Shown here piece after piece: positions 51,902 to 62,505 of a stretch of DNA of 64,000 nucleotides; positions within the stretch are counted from its first letter, which is position 1; each line of letters begins with the position of its first letter. The notes below the pieces were generated by a model that was given only the letters and a program-made list of their open reading frames with translations, did not search any database and was not told the origin of the DNA. The stretch spans positions 1,287 to 65,286 of the forward strand of contig JBALXR010000002.1 of NCBI GenBank assembly GCA_036960525.1, read 5' to 3'. Source of the DNA: Marinobacter sp. Its GTDB lineage: Bacteria; Pseudomonadota; Gammaproteobacteria; Pseudomonadales; Oleiphilaceae. The position numbers were made by a program, and so were the translations under genes.

Positions 51902-53650
51902 ATGTCTGAATTTTCACTTTTTGGACGCAGCTTAGTCAGTGGTGAAGCTGAGGGCAAAATACTGTTTGCCAGCACTGGCATTAGCTTTTGGGGTGGAGTT
52001 AACCCTTCCACGGGTGAGGTTATAGATGAGCACCACTCTTTAAACGGTCAAAATATAACTGGAAAGATTTTGGCCATACCCGGTGGGAGGGGCTCCTGCA
52101 CTGGCAGCAGTGTGTTGCTCGAGTTGATCACAAACGGTCATGCACCGGCAGCCCTGGTGTTTTCTGAAAGAGAGGAAATCCTTACTCTCGGTGTCATAAT
52201 CGCTGACGTGTTATTCAAACAATCGATCCCCGTTCTCTATCTCGATACGGAGTCATTTACGACGTTGAAACTGGCTCGGTTTGGTCGCCTTCACGGAACC
52301 CATCTGAGTGTTTTAAACAGCTTGCCTGGCAGCAGCCGGGACTGTGCGAATGATCAGAAAAGCGTTACTGAAAGCTCAACCGTCGAGCTCGATCAGATAG
52401 ACCGTGAAATACTTGATGGCAGCCATGGAAAGGCGGCGCAGGTTGCCATGAGCATCACTCTGCGAATGGCCAGCTTACAGGGAGCGCGCAAACTGATTGA
52501 CGTTACCCAGGCCCACATTGATGGCTGCATCTATACAGGGCCGGCAAGCTTGCGGTTTGCCCAAAAACTAAGGGATTTAGGGGCTAAAGTCCGGGTTCCG
52601 ACGACTTTGAATTCGATATCGGTGGATCAGCGGCGCTGGCGGGATATGGGAGTGAAGACAGAGCTTGGGGAGCCCTCCAGCGCATTGGCTGACGTTTACA
52701 TGGGCATGGGAGCAAAGATGAGTTTTACCTGCGCGCCTTACTTACTCGAAAGCGCACCTAAAGCTTTCGAACAGATCGTGTGGGCTGAGTCAAATGCGGT
52801 CGTCTACGCAAACAGTGTTATTGGTGCACGGACACAGAAATATCCAGACTATTTGGACATCTGCATTGCCCTGACCGGTCGTGCGCCTATGACCGGCTGC
52901 CACCTTGACCGGCATCGCCACGCAACGGTTCGTATTGATGTGGCGCTGCCCGAAGGTTCAGATGATTCCTTCTGGCCACTGCTTGGCTATCACGCCGGCC
53001 TGCTCGCCGGAACTTCGGTCCCGGTAGTTTGTGGTCTTGAAAAAGCTAAGCCGGATCTTGACGACCTGAAAGCCTTCGGTGCCGCTTTTGCAACGAGTTC
53101 TGCCGCACCCATGTTTCACATTACAGGCATTACCCCGGAAGCAATAACCGTTTCGATGGCAACCGGAGGCACAGCCCCGGCGAGAAGTGTCCGCGTCGAA
53201 GCAATTGATCTGTTGGCCAGTTGGCGTGAGCTTAATGGCGCCAATAACTCTCAGGTGGATCTTGTTGCACTGGGCAATCCGCACTTTTCTTTAACCGAAT
53301 GTGCAAAGCTTGCTGAGCTTTGCGATGGTCGCGAAAAGGACATCAATGTCTGCCTGGCGGTGACATTAGGGCGTGCCGTTCACGAACAGGCACGTGCGGC
53401 GGGTTACATCAAAAAATTAGAGAAGTTCGGTGCGTTACTGATCAATGACACCTGCTGGTGCATGCTTGGCGAACCCGTAATACCGCCAACAGCCCGGGCG
53501 CTGATGACAAACTCAGGAAAATACGCCCATTACGCCCCTAACCTGACAGGGCGAAAGGTGCATTTTGGCAGCCTGGCCGCATGTGTTAATGCCGCATGCA
53601 GTGGCCATGCAGCCGAACAAGTCCCGGAATGGCTAGCCGCAGCTACCTGA
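51902..53650 (+). CDS. Aconitase X type I (fused swivel + catalytic domains), cis-3-hydroxy-L-proline dehydratase-like
   Basis: ISFWGGVNP, GRGSCTGS, AHIDGCIY, TCAPY, WAESNA, GNPHFS, DTCWC and TNSGKYAHY. Confidence 0.9.
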   Translation: MSEFSLFGRSLVSGEAEGKILFASTGISFWGGVNPSTGEVIDEHHSLNGQNITGKILAIPGGRGSCTGSSVLLELITNGHAPAALVFSEREEILTLGVIIADVLFKQSIPVLYLDTESFTTLKLARFGRLHGTHLSVLNSLPGSSRDCANDQKSVTESSTVELDQIDREILDGSHGKAAQVAMSITLRMASLQGARKLIDVTQAHIDGCIYTGPASLRFAQKLRDLGAKVRVPTTLNSISVDQRRWRDMGVKTELGEPSSALADVYMGMGAKMSFTCAPYLLESAPKAFEQIVWAESNAVVYANSVIGARTQKYPDYLDICIALTGRAPMTGCHLDRHRHATVRIDVALPEGSDDSFWPLLGYHAGLLAGTSVPVVCGLEKAKPDLDDLKAFGAAFATSSAAPMFHITGITPEAITVSMATGGTAPARSVRVEAIDLLASWRELNGANNSQVDLVALGNPHFSLTECAKLAELCDGREKDINVCLAVTLGRAVHEQARAAGYIKKLEKFGALLINDTCWCMLGEPVIPPTARALMTNSGKYAHYAPNLTGRKVHFGSLAACVNAACSGHAAEQVPEWLAAAT

Positions 53651-53669
53651 AACTATTTGATCAATTTTT

Positions 53670-53737
53670 AAGGAGTTAAAATGACGACCCCCTTTTCTAA
53701 CACTTATCAAACGAAACTGTGGTGGTCGCTACCCTAC
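53670..53737 (+). pseudogene. Stub of the gene that followed acnX
   Basis: Strong RBS AAGGAG (53670-53675) and ATG at 53681. Only 19 codons precede the convergent mnmE stop. Confidence 0.45.
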
Positions 53738-55108
53738 TTATTTCCCAATACAAAAAGAGCCAAAAATCTTGCCCAAAAGCTCGTCCGGCGTCATCTGGCC
53801 GGTAATTTCTCCTAACGCGTCCTGCGCCGCGCGCAGATCTTCTGCTAACAGTTCACCGGCGCCATAGCCTTCAAGCTGAGCCTGGCCTTGAACCAAGAAT
53901 TCGGCGGCTCGTTCGAGCGCGTCCAAATGGCGACGGCGAGCCAGAAACCCGCCCTCAGTGGTGCTCGCGAAGCCCATGCACTGCTTTAGATGATCCCTGA
54001 GTGCTTCCAATCCCACGCTGGATTTGGCAGCCAAACGGATCACCGGGGCTTGCTGCGGGGACAGTTCAAATAAACCTACGTTTTCACCCGATAAATCCAC
54101 TTTGTTGCGAATAACCGTAATCGGCGCGGTAGCGGGCAGCTGGCCAATGAAGTCTGGCCAGATTTCATGAGGGCTGGTTTTATCAGTGGTAGTGGCATCC
54201 ACCATGAGCAGTATGCGGTCGGCTTGGCGTATTTCATCCCATGCGCGGGCAATGCCAATCTGTTCGACTTCGTCTAGGCTATCGCGCAGGCCGGCGGTGT
54301 CGATGATGTGCAGCGGCATACCATCAATGTGGATATGTTCCCGCAATACGTCACGGGTAGTGCCTTCGATAGCGGTCACAATCGCTGCCTCACGGCCAGC
54401 AAGGGCGTTCAACAGGCTGGATTTACCGGCGTTAGGCCTGCCGGCAATCACCACTTTCATACCGTCCCGTAAAATAGTGCCCTGCTGGGCTTCTAACATG
54501 ATGCCTTGGAGCTGGTCTCGCAGATTCTGAAGATCGGTAGCCACTTTTCCATCGGCCAAAAAGTCGATTTCTTCTTCCGGAAAATCGATAGCGGCTTCTA
54601 CATAAATCCGTAGGTGGGTAACCGCATCCACTAACGCTTCAATACGCCGCGAGAAAACGCCTTGCATAGAGCGCACCGCACATCTGGCTGCCTGTTCCGA
54701 GCTGCTCTCGATCAAATCGGCAATGGCTTCTGCCTGGGCAAGGTCAAGCTTGTCATTAAGAAAAGCCCGTTCCGAGAATTCTCCCGGCCTGGCCAGCCTT
54801 GCGCCCAGAGCGCAGACCTCCCGTAGCAGCAGGTCCAGAATTACGGTTCCGCCGTGGCCCTGGAGTTCGAACACGTCTTCGCCGGTGAACGAGTGAGGGT
54901 TTGGAAAAAACAGGCCAATACCTTCGTCGATCAGTTCGCCTTGGCGGTCTTTAAATGGGCCGTAGTGGGCATAGCGCGGTTTGGGTTCGTAACCCAGAAG
55001 GCTGTGGGCAATAGCGGTTGCCTGGGGGCCAGAAACCCTCACAATGCCAACGCCGGCCTGGCCAGGTGCGGTAGCGATGGCTGCAATTGTTTCTGTGGGG
55101 TGATTCAT
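53738..55108 (-). CDS. mnmE: tRNA modification GTPase MnmE (TrmE/ThdF)
   Basis: [36 protein letters not shown] and FCIGK. Confidence 0.99.
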   Translation of the reverse strand: MNHPTETIAAIATAPGQAGVGIVRVSGPQATAIAHSLLGYEPKPRYAHYGPFKDRQGELIDEGIGLFFPNPHSFTGEDVFELQGHGGTVILDLLLREVCALGARLARPGEFSERAFLNDKLDLAQAEAIADLIESSSEQAARCAVRSMQGVFSRRIEALVDAVTHLRIYVEAAIDFPEEEIDFLADGKVATDLQNLRDQLQGIMLEAQQGTILRDGMKVVIAGRPNAGKSSLLNALAGREAAIVTAIEGTTRDVLREHIHIDGMPLHIIDTAGLRDSLDEVEQIGIARAWDEIRQADRILLMVDATTTDKTSPHEIWPDFIGQLPATAPITVIRNKVDLSGENVGLFELSPQQAPVIRLAAKSSVGLEALRDHLKQCMGFASTTEGGFLARRRHLDALERAAEFLVQGQAQLEGYGAGELLAEDLRAAQDALGEITGQMTPDELLGKIFGSFCIGK

Positions 55109-55178
55109 GGCCGCGGCTCCAGGGTAAAATGAGCGGGATAAGATGGTTTATAACGCTTGTTTTTCCAAGGTATTGAAA

Positions 55179-55209
55179 CAGCAAGGGCCCCGTAACGGAG
55201 CCCTTGCTG
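55179..55209 (-). terminator. Stem-loop after yidC
   Basis: CAGCAAGGGC...GCCCTTGCTG inverted repeat followed by TTT on the minus strand. Confidence 0.65.
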
Positions 55210-55232
55210 GATAATCTGACTAAGTAGGCTTT

Positions 55233-56936
55233 TTAATGCTTTTTTTCCGCCATTTGAGCTTCAATCTTACGAGTAATGTACCACTGCTGACTGATAGACA
55301 AAACGTTGTTCACTACCCAGTACAGTACCAGACCTGCCGGGAACCATAGGAAGAAGATGGTAAATACGACTGGCATCAACTTCATAATCTTTGCTTGCAA
55401 GGGGTCTGGTGGCGTGGGATTCAGGTGCATCTGCAACATCATGCTGGCACCCATGATAATCGGCAGAATGAAATACGGGTCCATCACCGACAAATCATGA
55501 ATCCACAGCGCAAACGGTGCGTGACGCAGCTGTACACTTTCAAACAGAACCCAGTACAGGGAGATAAACACTGGCATCTGCACCAGTATGGGCAGGCAGC
55601 CGCCCAATGGATTGATTTTCTCACGCTTGTACAGTGCCATCATTTCTGTCGACATACGCTGGCGGTCATCACCGTACAGCTCTTTCATACGAGCTAACTT
55701 AGGCGCTACGGCACGCATTCGTGCCATAGAGCGGTAACTGGTTGCTGACAGATGGAAAAACAGGCCTTTAACCAACACGGTCAGCAGTATGATTGCCACA
55801 CCCCAGTTACCGATAATGCCATGGAACCAATCTAGCACCACAAACAACGGCAGCGAGATAAAAAACAGCCAGCCAAAGTCTATGGTGCGGTCCAGATTAG
55901 GAGCCACTGTTTCCAGCCGGTCAATAATTTTTGGGCCAACGTAGGCAGATGCACCAACTTCCATTGTGTCGCCAGCAGCGACGTTGGTAGCCGGGTACAC
56001 AAAGCCCATAACGGCTAGAGGGCCACGACGAGTGGTCTGGAACTGTGCTTGTTGGTCTGGTTCTGGTACCCAAGCGGTCAGGAAATAGTGTTGCAGAAAC
56101 GCCATCCAGCCATTGGTGACAGACTGGTTGATCGGCTTGTCTTTAAGATCGTCAAAGTCATATTTTTCATACGGATCTTCAGGCGTGCTGACAACCAACC
56201 CCAAAAAAGCTTTGATACCCATGCTGTTTTGGGATGTTTGATCACCGGCTTGGTCACGTACAATTTTACCAGTAAAGTTTGCTTGCCACTCACTTTCTGA
56301 CTGGTTATCGATCAAATAACGAATATCAATCTGGTAGTCATCACGGTTGAAAGTGAAGCGCTTTATAATATTTACGCCGCTGTCAGTAGAGTAGTTTAAA
56401 TCCACTGCAAGCTGATTTTCGCCTTCAGCCATTTGATAGCTGTTCTGAGTTGAGCTGTAGACTGGTGCATCGCCATTGCTGCTGTTGTCTGGGCCGTCGC
56501 GACCTATTAATCCGCTTTCCAGCACGTATAGCCTGTTTTGGGTATTTGACAGCAGTTTCAATGGCTCGTCGCCGTTTAGCTCTCGGTCATATTGCAGAAG
56601 GGAACTGCTGACAAGATTACCGCTGACTCGGTCTATGGTGATATCAAACACATCGGTTATAACGTGGACGTACTGATTGCTAACGTTGCTGGGGTTGTTT
56701 GTATTGTTCAGCGACGTTCCGCTTTCCGGTGTGGCGAACTCACCGGAGCTATCGGTGTTGGCGGTGCCTGGTTGAGGTAGCGTCATGGTGTCGCTGTTTC
56801 CAGCGGTAGAAAAGTCAACTGGCTCGCTGGTTTGAGCTACTGGCACAGGCTGGTGATAGTCCTCGTTCCAGGCGAGTACCATCAAATAACTGACAACTGC
56901 CAGGCCGGCAAAAAGTACTATGCGCTTGATATCCAT
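55233..56936 (-). CDS. yidC: Membrane protein insertase YidC
   Basis: MDIKR start, IDFGWL, GNWGVAII, NPLGGCLP and PAGLVLYW. Confidence 0.98.
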   Translation of the reverse strand: MDIKRIVLFAGLAVVSYLMVLAWNEDYHQPVPVAQTSEPVDFSTAGNSDTMTLPQPGTANTDSSGEFATPESGTSLNNTNNPSNVSNQYVHVITDVFDITIDRVSGNLVSSSLLQYDRELNGDEPLKLLSNTQNRLYVLESGLIGRDGPDNSSNGDAPVYSSTQNSYQMAEGENQLAVDLNYSTDSGVNIIKRFTFNRDDYQIDIRYLIDNQSESEWQANFTGKIVRDQAGDQTSQNSMGIKAFLGLVVSTPEDPYEKYDFDDLKDKPINQSVTNGWMAFLQHYFLTAWVPEPDQQAQFQTTRRGPLAVMGFVYPATNVAAGDTMEVGASAYVGPKIIDRLETVAPNLDRTIDFGWLFFISLPLFVVLDWFHGIIGNWGVAIILLTVLVKGLFFHLSATSYRSMARMRAVAPKLARMKELYGDDRQRMSTEMMALYKREKINPLGGCLPILVQMPVFISLYWVLFESVQLRHAPFALWIHDLSVMDPYFILPIIMGASMMLQMHLNPTPPDPLQAKIMKLMPVVFTIFFLWFPAGLVLYWVVNNVLSISQQWYITRKIEAQMAEKKH

Positions 56937-56940
56937 AAAT

Positions 56941-57204
56941 TTACTGTCTGGTTTCGTGAGTTGTTGGAACTTGATGATGCTTGACATAACAGGTGCCCGG
57001 AACCGGATCATAACCGGAACTCCCCCACGGATGACACCGCAGTAATCGTTTCAGCGCGAGTAAAGAGCCTTTAGTGGCACCGTGCTGGGTAATAGCCTGA
57101 GCAGCATAATCTGAACAAGTGGGGTAATAACGGCAACGACTGGGCAACATCGGGCTTAGACAATACTGATAAAAACGAATGGGCAGTAGCAAAAGCTGGC
57201 GCAT
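56941..57204 (-). CDS. yidD: Membrane protein insertion efficiency factor
   Basis: [20 protein letters not shown] and GYDPVP. Confidence 0.96.
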   Translation of the reverse strand: MRQLLLLPIRFYQYCLSPMLPSRCRYYPTCSDYAAQAITQHGATKGSLLALKRLLRCHPWGSSGYDPVPGTCYVKHHQVPTTHETRQ

Positions 57205-57620
57205 TATTCCGTTCCTTTTTCTTGGCCAGATGGCACAGAGGCTGCGGATGCGGGGGTAGATTGTAGTTTGCTGTATTTGCGTTCCAGTCGTTGCCAGAGA
57301 TCCAGCAAGGCCAGATTGACCTGAGCATTGTCTAACTGAGCTAGGCCCTGACGGCCAAGGACAATAATGTCCAGCGCCGGGAGTTGATGCTTCAGCCTGA
57401 ATGTTTCACGAATTCGCCGTTTAACACGGTTGCGCTGCACAGCTAGTTTCAGGTTTTTTTTTGAAAATATGAGTCCGATTCTGGCATGTCCCAGAGAATT
57501 GGGCGTTGCCAGAATCAGAAAATTCCGGTGCGGAACCTTCAGTTGCACGTCATCGAAGACTTTTCCGTAATCGGCCGGTTTGAGCAGGCGATGCGATTTC
57601 GGAAAGTTCAAAGCCTTCAT
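57204..57620 (-). CDS. rnpA: Ribonuclease P protein component
   Basis: [17 protein letters not shown] and [13 protein letters not shown]. Confidence 0.96.
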   Translation of the reverse strand: MKALNFPKSHRLLKPADYGKVFDDVQLKVPHRNFLILATPNSLGHARIGLIFSKKNLKLAVQRNRVKRRIRETFRLKHQLPALDIIVLGRQGLAQLDNAQVNLALLDLWQRLERKYSKLQSTPASAASVPSGQEKGTE

Positions 57621-57635
57621 GAGGCAGTCCAAAAA

Positions 57636-57770
57636 TTACGCAGACAGACGTGCGCGACCTTTTGCACGACGGCGAGCCAGAACTTTACGGCCATTTGCTG
57701 TGGCCATACGGGCACGAAAGCCGTGAACGCGCTTACGCTTCAGTACGCTTGGTTGAAACGTTCTTTTCAT
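57636..57770 (-). CDS. rpmH: 50S ribosomal protein L34
   Basis: [22 protein letters not shown]...GRARLSA. Confidence 0.99.
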   Translation of the reverse strand: MKRTFQPSVLKRKRVHGFRARMATANGRKVLARRRAKGRARLSA

Positions 57771-57984
57771 GGGAATGATCTCACAATTCTGGATTAGGAA
57801 TTCAGTCTGTGGTTGGAAAATGAACAACCAAAACAGGAGCGGCATTCTATGCAAATCTGGGAGGGAATTCAACGGTAATAAACGAGTTGTTTTTATAGAC
57901 GCTGGAATCAGCTCAAGAGGGCTGTCTAATTATCGTTGCCACCTGAGTTTTGGTTCGAGCAAAAAACCAGAAAATACGTTCAGG

Positions 57985-58345
57985 TAACTGTAGTAATTGT
58001 TCTTTTATAATTCTCTTTAAAGATTGAATACTACTGTTATTACGCAGCCCTTTTTCTGTGGATAAGCGATTTAAAATGAACTAAATCATGGGGTTTTCCA
58101 GTTGACGAAGGTGATGACAAGTGCCAGTGGGGGTTGTGGACAAGGGTAATGTGAATTGTGGATAACTTAAATTAGGGAATATCGGGCGAGTTATGCACCT
58201 TGCGTACTCAGGTTGTCCACAGGGGTTAGAGGTGGATGTACACACACCTTTGTGCATAACTTTTATGCTTTTATTTTCTGTACACAAGGCTGTCAGTAAG
58301 TCTTTAATTACATGAAATATATAATTATTTTTTTCCACAGGCTGT
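57985..58345. other. Replication origin oriC (rpmH-dnaA intergenic)
   Basis: Perfect DnaA boxes TGTGGATAA at 58057 and 58157. Near-consensus boxes at 58135, 58191, 58213, 58251 and 58331. On the minus strand: DnaA box, GC-rich spacer, then DnaA-trios TAA TAA CAG TAG TAT (58042-58028) next to an AT-rich tract. Confidence 0.88.
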
Positions 58346-58481
58346 TTATAATTGTTGCGAGTGCTTTTACTGATGGTCGTGGCAGGGTAGAATCGCGAGT
58401 TCTCTTCAAAGGCCGGCGGTATAAGAATCGCGGGGCCCCAGAAAAATGCAGTGTTCTGTTATTAGGTGGTGCCAATACGGT

Positions 58482-59921
58482 ATGTGGCAGCAATGTCTTG
58501 AAGTACTCCGGGACGAGTTTCCGGCACAGCAGTTCAATACCTGGTTGCGGCCTTTGCAGCCAGATTTGCGCGATGGCCAATTGGTGCTTTTTGCCCCAAA
58601 CCGGTTTGTAATGGACTGGGTAAATGAAAAATACCTTCGCCGTATCGAAGAAATACTGAAAGAGCTGAACGGTGGTCTCGCGCCCAGAGTAGGCATGAAA
58701 GTGGGTTCTGCACCCAAAGTCGGTGATTCAGAGCGCCGCGAGCCCGTTGTGGCTAGTGACAATGCAGCGACAAAAGACAATCGCGGTGAATCGGTAAGCC
58801 CGCAGACCAGACCAGCGGCGCCCGTAACCGCGCCGGCAGCTTCGCGCCCAAGAGCATCGGGTACTCGCCCCGGCGCCCAGATTGAAGGCGACATCAAGCA
58901 CCAGAGCTTCCTGAACGAAACATTCACGTTTCAGACCTTTGTTGAGGGTAAATCCAACCAGCTGGCCCGCGCAGCATCTATGCAGGTTGCTGAAAACCCC
59001 GGTGGTGCCTATAACCCGCTTTTTTTATACGGTGGCGTTGGTCTTGGTAAAACCCACCTTATGCATGCGGTGGGTAATGAAATTGTACGGCGCAATCCGA
59101 ACGCGAAGGTCGCCTATCTTCGTTCAGAACGTTTTGTGGCTGACATGGTGAAAGCGCTGCAGCTGAACGCGATTAACGAATTTAAACGTTATTACCGCTC
59201 GGTAGACGCACTGTTAATTGATGATATTCAGTTTTTTGCCCGTAAAGAACGCTCCCAGGAAGAATTCTTTCACACCTTTAATGCTCTGCTTGAAGGTGGC
59301 CAACAGGTCATTGTGACCAGTGACCGTTTCCCGAAAGAAATCGTGGATCTGGAAGAACGACTGAAGTCGCGTTTTGGTTGGGGTCTGACGGTTATGGTTG
59401 AGCCGCCGGAACTTGAAACCCGGGTGGCTATTCTTATGAAAAAAGCCGAGCAGGTGAACGTGAAGCTGAGCAGCGAAGCGGCTTTTTTTATTGCTCAGAA
59501 AATTCGTTCCAACGTGCGGGAACTAGAAGGAGCTTTGCGCCTGGTAATCGCCAACGCCCACTTTACAGGCTCGGAAATTACGCCACCGTTTATCCGCGAA
59601 AGTCTGAAAGATTTGCTGGCACTGCATGAAAAGCAAGTCAGTATTGATAATATTCAACGTACGGTGGCGGAATATTACAAAATCAAAGTGGCGGACCTAC
59701 ATTCCAAGCGCCGAACCCGCAATGTGACTCGCCCGCGCCAGGTGGCCATGTCACTGTCGAAGGAACTGACTAACCACAGTTTGCCGGAAATTGGTGGTGC
59801 TTTTGGCGGTCGGGACCACACCACTGTGCTTCATGCCTGCAAAAAAATCATAGAATTGCAGGAGACTGACCCGAATATACGGGAAGATTACCAGAATTTT
59901 ATGCGATTATTGACCAGCTGA
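58482..59921 (+). CDS. dnaA: Chromosomal replication initiator DnaA
   Basis: [38 protein letters not shown] and GGRDHTTV. The start is uncertain (ORF open from 58446). Confidence 0.98.
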   Translation: MWQQCLEVLRDEFPAQQFNTWLRPLQPDLRDGQLVLFAPNRFVMDWVNEKYLRRIEEILKELNGGLAPRVGMKVGSAPKVGDSERREPVVASDNAATKDNRGESVSPQTRPAAPVTAPAASRPRASGTRPGAQIEGDIKHQSFLNETFTFQTFVEGKSNQLARAASMQVAENPGGAYNPLFLYGGVGLGKTHLMHAVGNEIVRRNPNAKVAYLRSERFVADMVKALQLNAINEFKRYYRSVDALLIDDIQFFARKERSQEEFFHTFNALLEGGQQVIVTSDRFPKEIVDLEERLKSRFGWGLTVMVEPPELETRVAILMKKAEQVNVKLSSEAAFFIAQKIRSNVRELEGALRLVIANAHFTGSEITPPFIRESLKDLLALHEKQVSIDNIQRTVAEYYKIKVADLHSKRRTRNVTRPRQVAMSLSKELTNHSLPEIGGAFGGRDHTTVLHACKKIIELQETDPNIREDYQNFMRLLTS

Positions 59922-59992
59922 CCGGCGTGTTACTGCGCGTTCTCTGCCGGCTTTGAACCCTGACAAATTTCACCAAAAGAATGTTGAGTGCC

Positions 59993-61096
59993 ATGAAACT
60001 GACGATCAGCCGTGAATCCCTGCTTACCCCGCTGCAAAGCATTGCAGGCGTGGTAGAAAAGAAACAGACCATGCCCGTGCTTTCCAACGTGTTGCTGGTG
60101 GCCGAGGACAACACCCTGACCCTGACTGGCACCAATATGGAAGTGGAGCTGGTTGCGCGCATTACTCCGGTGCATATAGACCAGCCTGGGCGCATAACCG
60201 TTCCGGCGCGAAAGCTTGCTGATATTTGCCGCGCCTTGGGTGAGGAATCGCCCATCGAGCTCGATCAGCAGGGCGACCGCTTGCATCTGCGCTGTGGCAA
60301 AAGTCACTTCACCCTGGCGACTTTGCCTGCCGAGCATTTTCCCAATGTGGAAGACGAAGTCGAGAGTTTTCGTTTGGAGCTGCCACAGAGAGAGTTGGGG
60401 CGAATGCTCCAGAGCACTGCGTTTGCCATGGCCCAGCAGGACGTGCGTTATTACCTGAACGGTTTGCTGTTGGAAGTGGCGGCTGACCACGTGCGTACCG
60501 TAGCAACCGATGGTCACCGGCTGGCGATGGCCCATCAAGATATTGAAACCGGTTGCTCAGAGGCGCGACAGGTTATTGTGCCGCGTAAAGGCGTTCTGGA
60601 GCTGGCTCGCCTGCTGGATGATGTAGACACACCTGTAACCTTGGTGATTGGCGATAACCATTTACGCGCCACTGTGGGCAGTTACACGTTCACATCTAAG
60701 TTGATTGAAGGGAAGTTTCCCGATTACAACCGGGTTATTCCCCGTGGCGGCGATAAAGTAGTGCTGGCAGATCGAATTACCCTCAAGAATACCTTGCAGC
60801 GGGCGGGTATTTTGTCACATGAAAATATCCGCGGCGTGCGGTTGAATCTGGCTCCAAATGAACTCCAGGTGTTCGCTAATAATCCGGACCAGGAACAGGC
60901 AGAAGACGCGTTGCCGGTGGATTATCAGGGTGAAACCCTGCAAATAGGCTTCAACGTTGGCTATCTGATAGACGTCATGAACGCGCTGGATGATGACCAG
61001 GTAAAAGTCACTCTGTCGAATCCGAACAGCAGTGCGCTGATTGAGTCCCAAACGGATGCCCGTTGCCTTTATGTGGTTATGCCAATGCGGTTGTAG
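59993..61096 (+). CDS. dnaN: DNA polymerase III beta clamp
   Basis: QDVRYYLNG, VATDGHRL, GKFPDY and YVVMPMRL. Confidence 0.99.
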   Translation: MKLTISRESLLTPLQSIAGVVEKKQTMPVLSNVLLVAEDNTLTLTGTNMEVELVARITPVHIDQPGRITVPARKLADICRALGEESPIELDQQGDRLHLRCGKSHFTLATLPAEHFPNVEDEVESFRLELPQRELGRMLQSTAFAMAQQDVRYYLNGLLLEVAADHVRTVATDGHRLAMAHQDIETGCSEARQVIVPRKGVLELARLLDDVDTPVTLVIGDNHLRATVGSYTFTSKLIEGKFPDYNRVIPRGGDKVVLADRITLKNTLQRAGILSHENIRGVRLNLAPNELQVFANNPDQEQAEDALPVDYQGETLQIGFNVGYLIDVMNALDDDQVKVTLSNPNSSALIESQTDARCLYVVMPMRL

Positions 61097-61207
61097 GTTA
61101 TTGCAGTCACCACACAAACATTCGGTGTAAGCATTCTGCGTATAGTCGGTGTATGCAACCCACTCAAAAAAAGCGCTGCAAAGTTTTAATAACAGGAGTT
61201 CCGGGGC

Positions 61208-62482
61208 ATGGTGACACGTTTAAAAGACGGTATAAAAGGTGCGTTTCGCATTGGCCAGACCATAAGTGTGCTCGGGCGTACTGGGTTTAACTGGGTACGT
61301 GGTGACCGCCCCCCTGCTCCGCGTTTGTTACGGCAGACTTTCGAATCTCTTGGTGCGACCTACATAAAGCTCGGGCAATTCATTGCCAGCTCACCGACTT
61401 TTTTTCCGAAAGAGTATGTGGAAGAGTTTCAGGGTTGCCTGGATAGCACCCCAAACTTGCCGTACCGGGTGATTCGCAAAATCATTGAGGAAGAATTAGG
61501 CTGTCCGGTTGAAGAGGTGTTCACCGATATAGACCCGGTAGCGCTGGCGTCGGCATCCATCGCCCAAGTGCATGTGGCGCGGTTGATCAGCGGTGAGGAA
61601 GTGGTTATCAAGGTGCAAAAACCCGGAGTGCGCAATATTCTGCTCACGGACCTGAACTTTTTGTATGTATCTGCCCGAATCCTTGAGACTCTAGCTCCAA
61701 AGCTGTCGTGGACATCGTTATCCGACATTGTTGATGAAATTCAGCGCACGATGATGGAAGAGTGCGACTTTATCAAGGAAGCCAATAACCTGGAGGTCTT
61801 TAGGCGGTTTCTACACGACACTCATAACACCGACGCTACCGTGCCCAAGGTGTATGAGCAGTGTAGCTCCCGTCGCATTTTGGTAATGGAGCGTTTTCAC
61901 GGTGTTTCTTTGACCGATCTGGAGAGTATTCGTGGATACACAGACGATCCGGAAGGAACCCTGATTACTGCCATGAACACCTGGTTTTCCAGCCTTACGC
62001 AATGCGAGTTTTTTCATGCGGATGTACACGCTGGCAACCTGATGGTATTGCGCGACGGTCGGGTTGGATTTATCGACTTCGGGATAGTCGGGCGTATTGC
62101 GCCAGACACCTGGCAGGCAGTGAACGATTTTATCCAGACAGTGATGGTGGGCAATTTTGACGGCATGGCCGATGCAATGATGCGCATTGGGGTTACTAGA
62201 CACACGGTTGAAGCCAGTTTGCTCGCTAATGATTTACGGACGCTTTATTCAAAAATGGATCAGATGGTGCCAGATACCGTTGCCTACACGGCAGGCCAAG
62301 CTGAAGACGACGTAAATCATTTGCTGATGGATATGGTCAAAGTAGGTGAAAGTCACGGGCTGCACTTTCCGCGGGAATTTGCACTGCTGTTGAAGCAATT
62401 TTTGTATTTTGACCGTTACGTACACATATTGGCGCCGGAAATGGATATGTTCATGGACGACCGCTTAAAGATGTTGCACTAG
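61208..62482 (+). CDS. ABC1/AarF/UbiB-family atypical kinase
   Basis: LGATYIKLGQ, ASASIAQVH, VVIKVQKPG, FFHADVHAGN and FIDFGIVG. Confidence 0.92.
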   Translation: MVTRLKDGIKGAFRIGQTISVLGRTGFNWVRGDRPPAPRLLRQTFESLGATYIKLGQFIASSPTFFPKEYVEEFQGCLDSTPNLPYRVIRKIIEEELGCPVEEVFTDIDPVALASASIAQVHVARLISGEEVVIKVQKPGVRNILLTDLNFLYVSARILETLAPKLSWTSLSDIVDEIQRTMMEECDFIKEANNLEVFRRFLHDTHNTDATVPKVYEQCSSRRILVMERFHGVSLTDLESIRGYTDDPEGTLITAMNTWFSSLTQCEFFHADVHAGNLMVLRDGRVGFIDFGIVGRIAPDTWQAVNDFIQTVMVGNFDGMADAMMRIGVTRHTVEASLLANDLRTLYSKMDQMVPDTVAYTAGQAEDDVNHLLMDMVKVGESHGLHFPREFALLLKQFLYFDRYVHILAPEMDMFMDDRLKMLH

Positions 62483-62505
62483 GGGCTTAGGCCCTTAGTT
62501 TTTTT

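Noticed and set aside
58464-58484. Out-of-frame GTG just upstream of dnaA suggesting a frameshift
   Set aside because: An in-frame ATG at 58482 gives a complete DnaA domain I.
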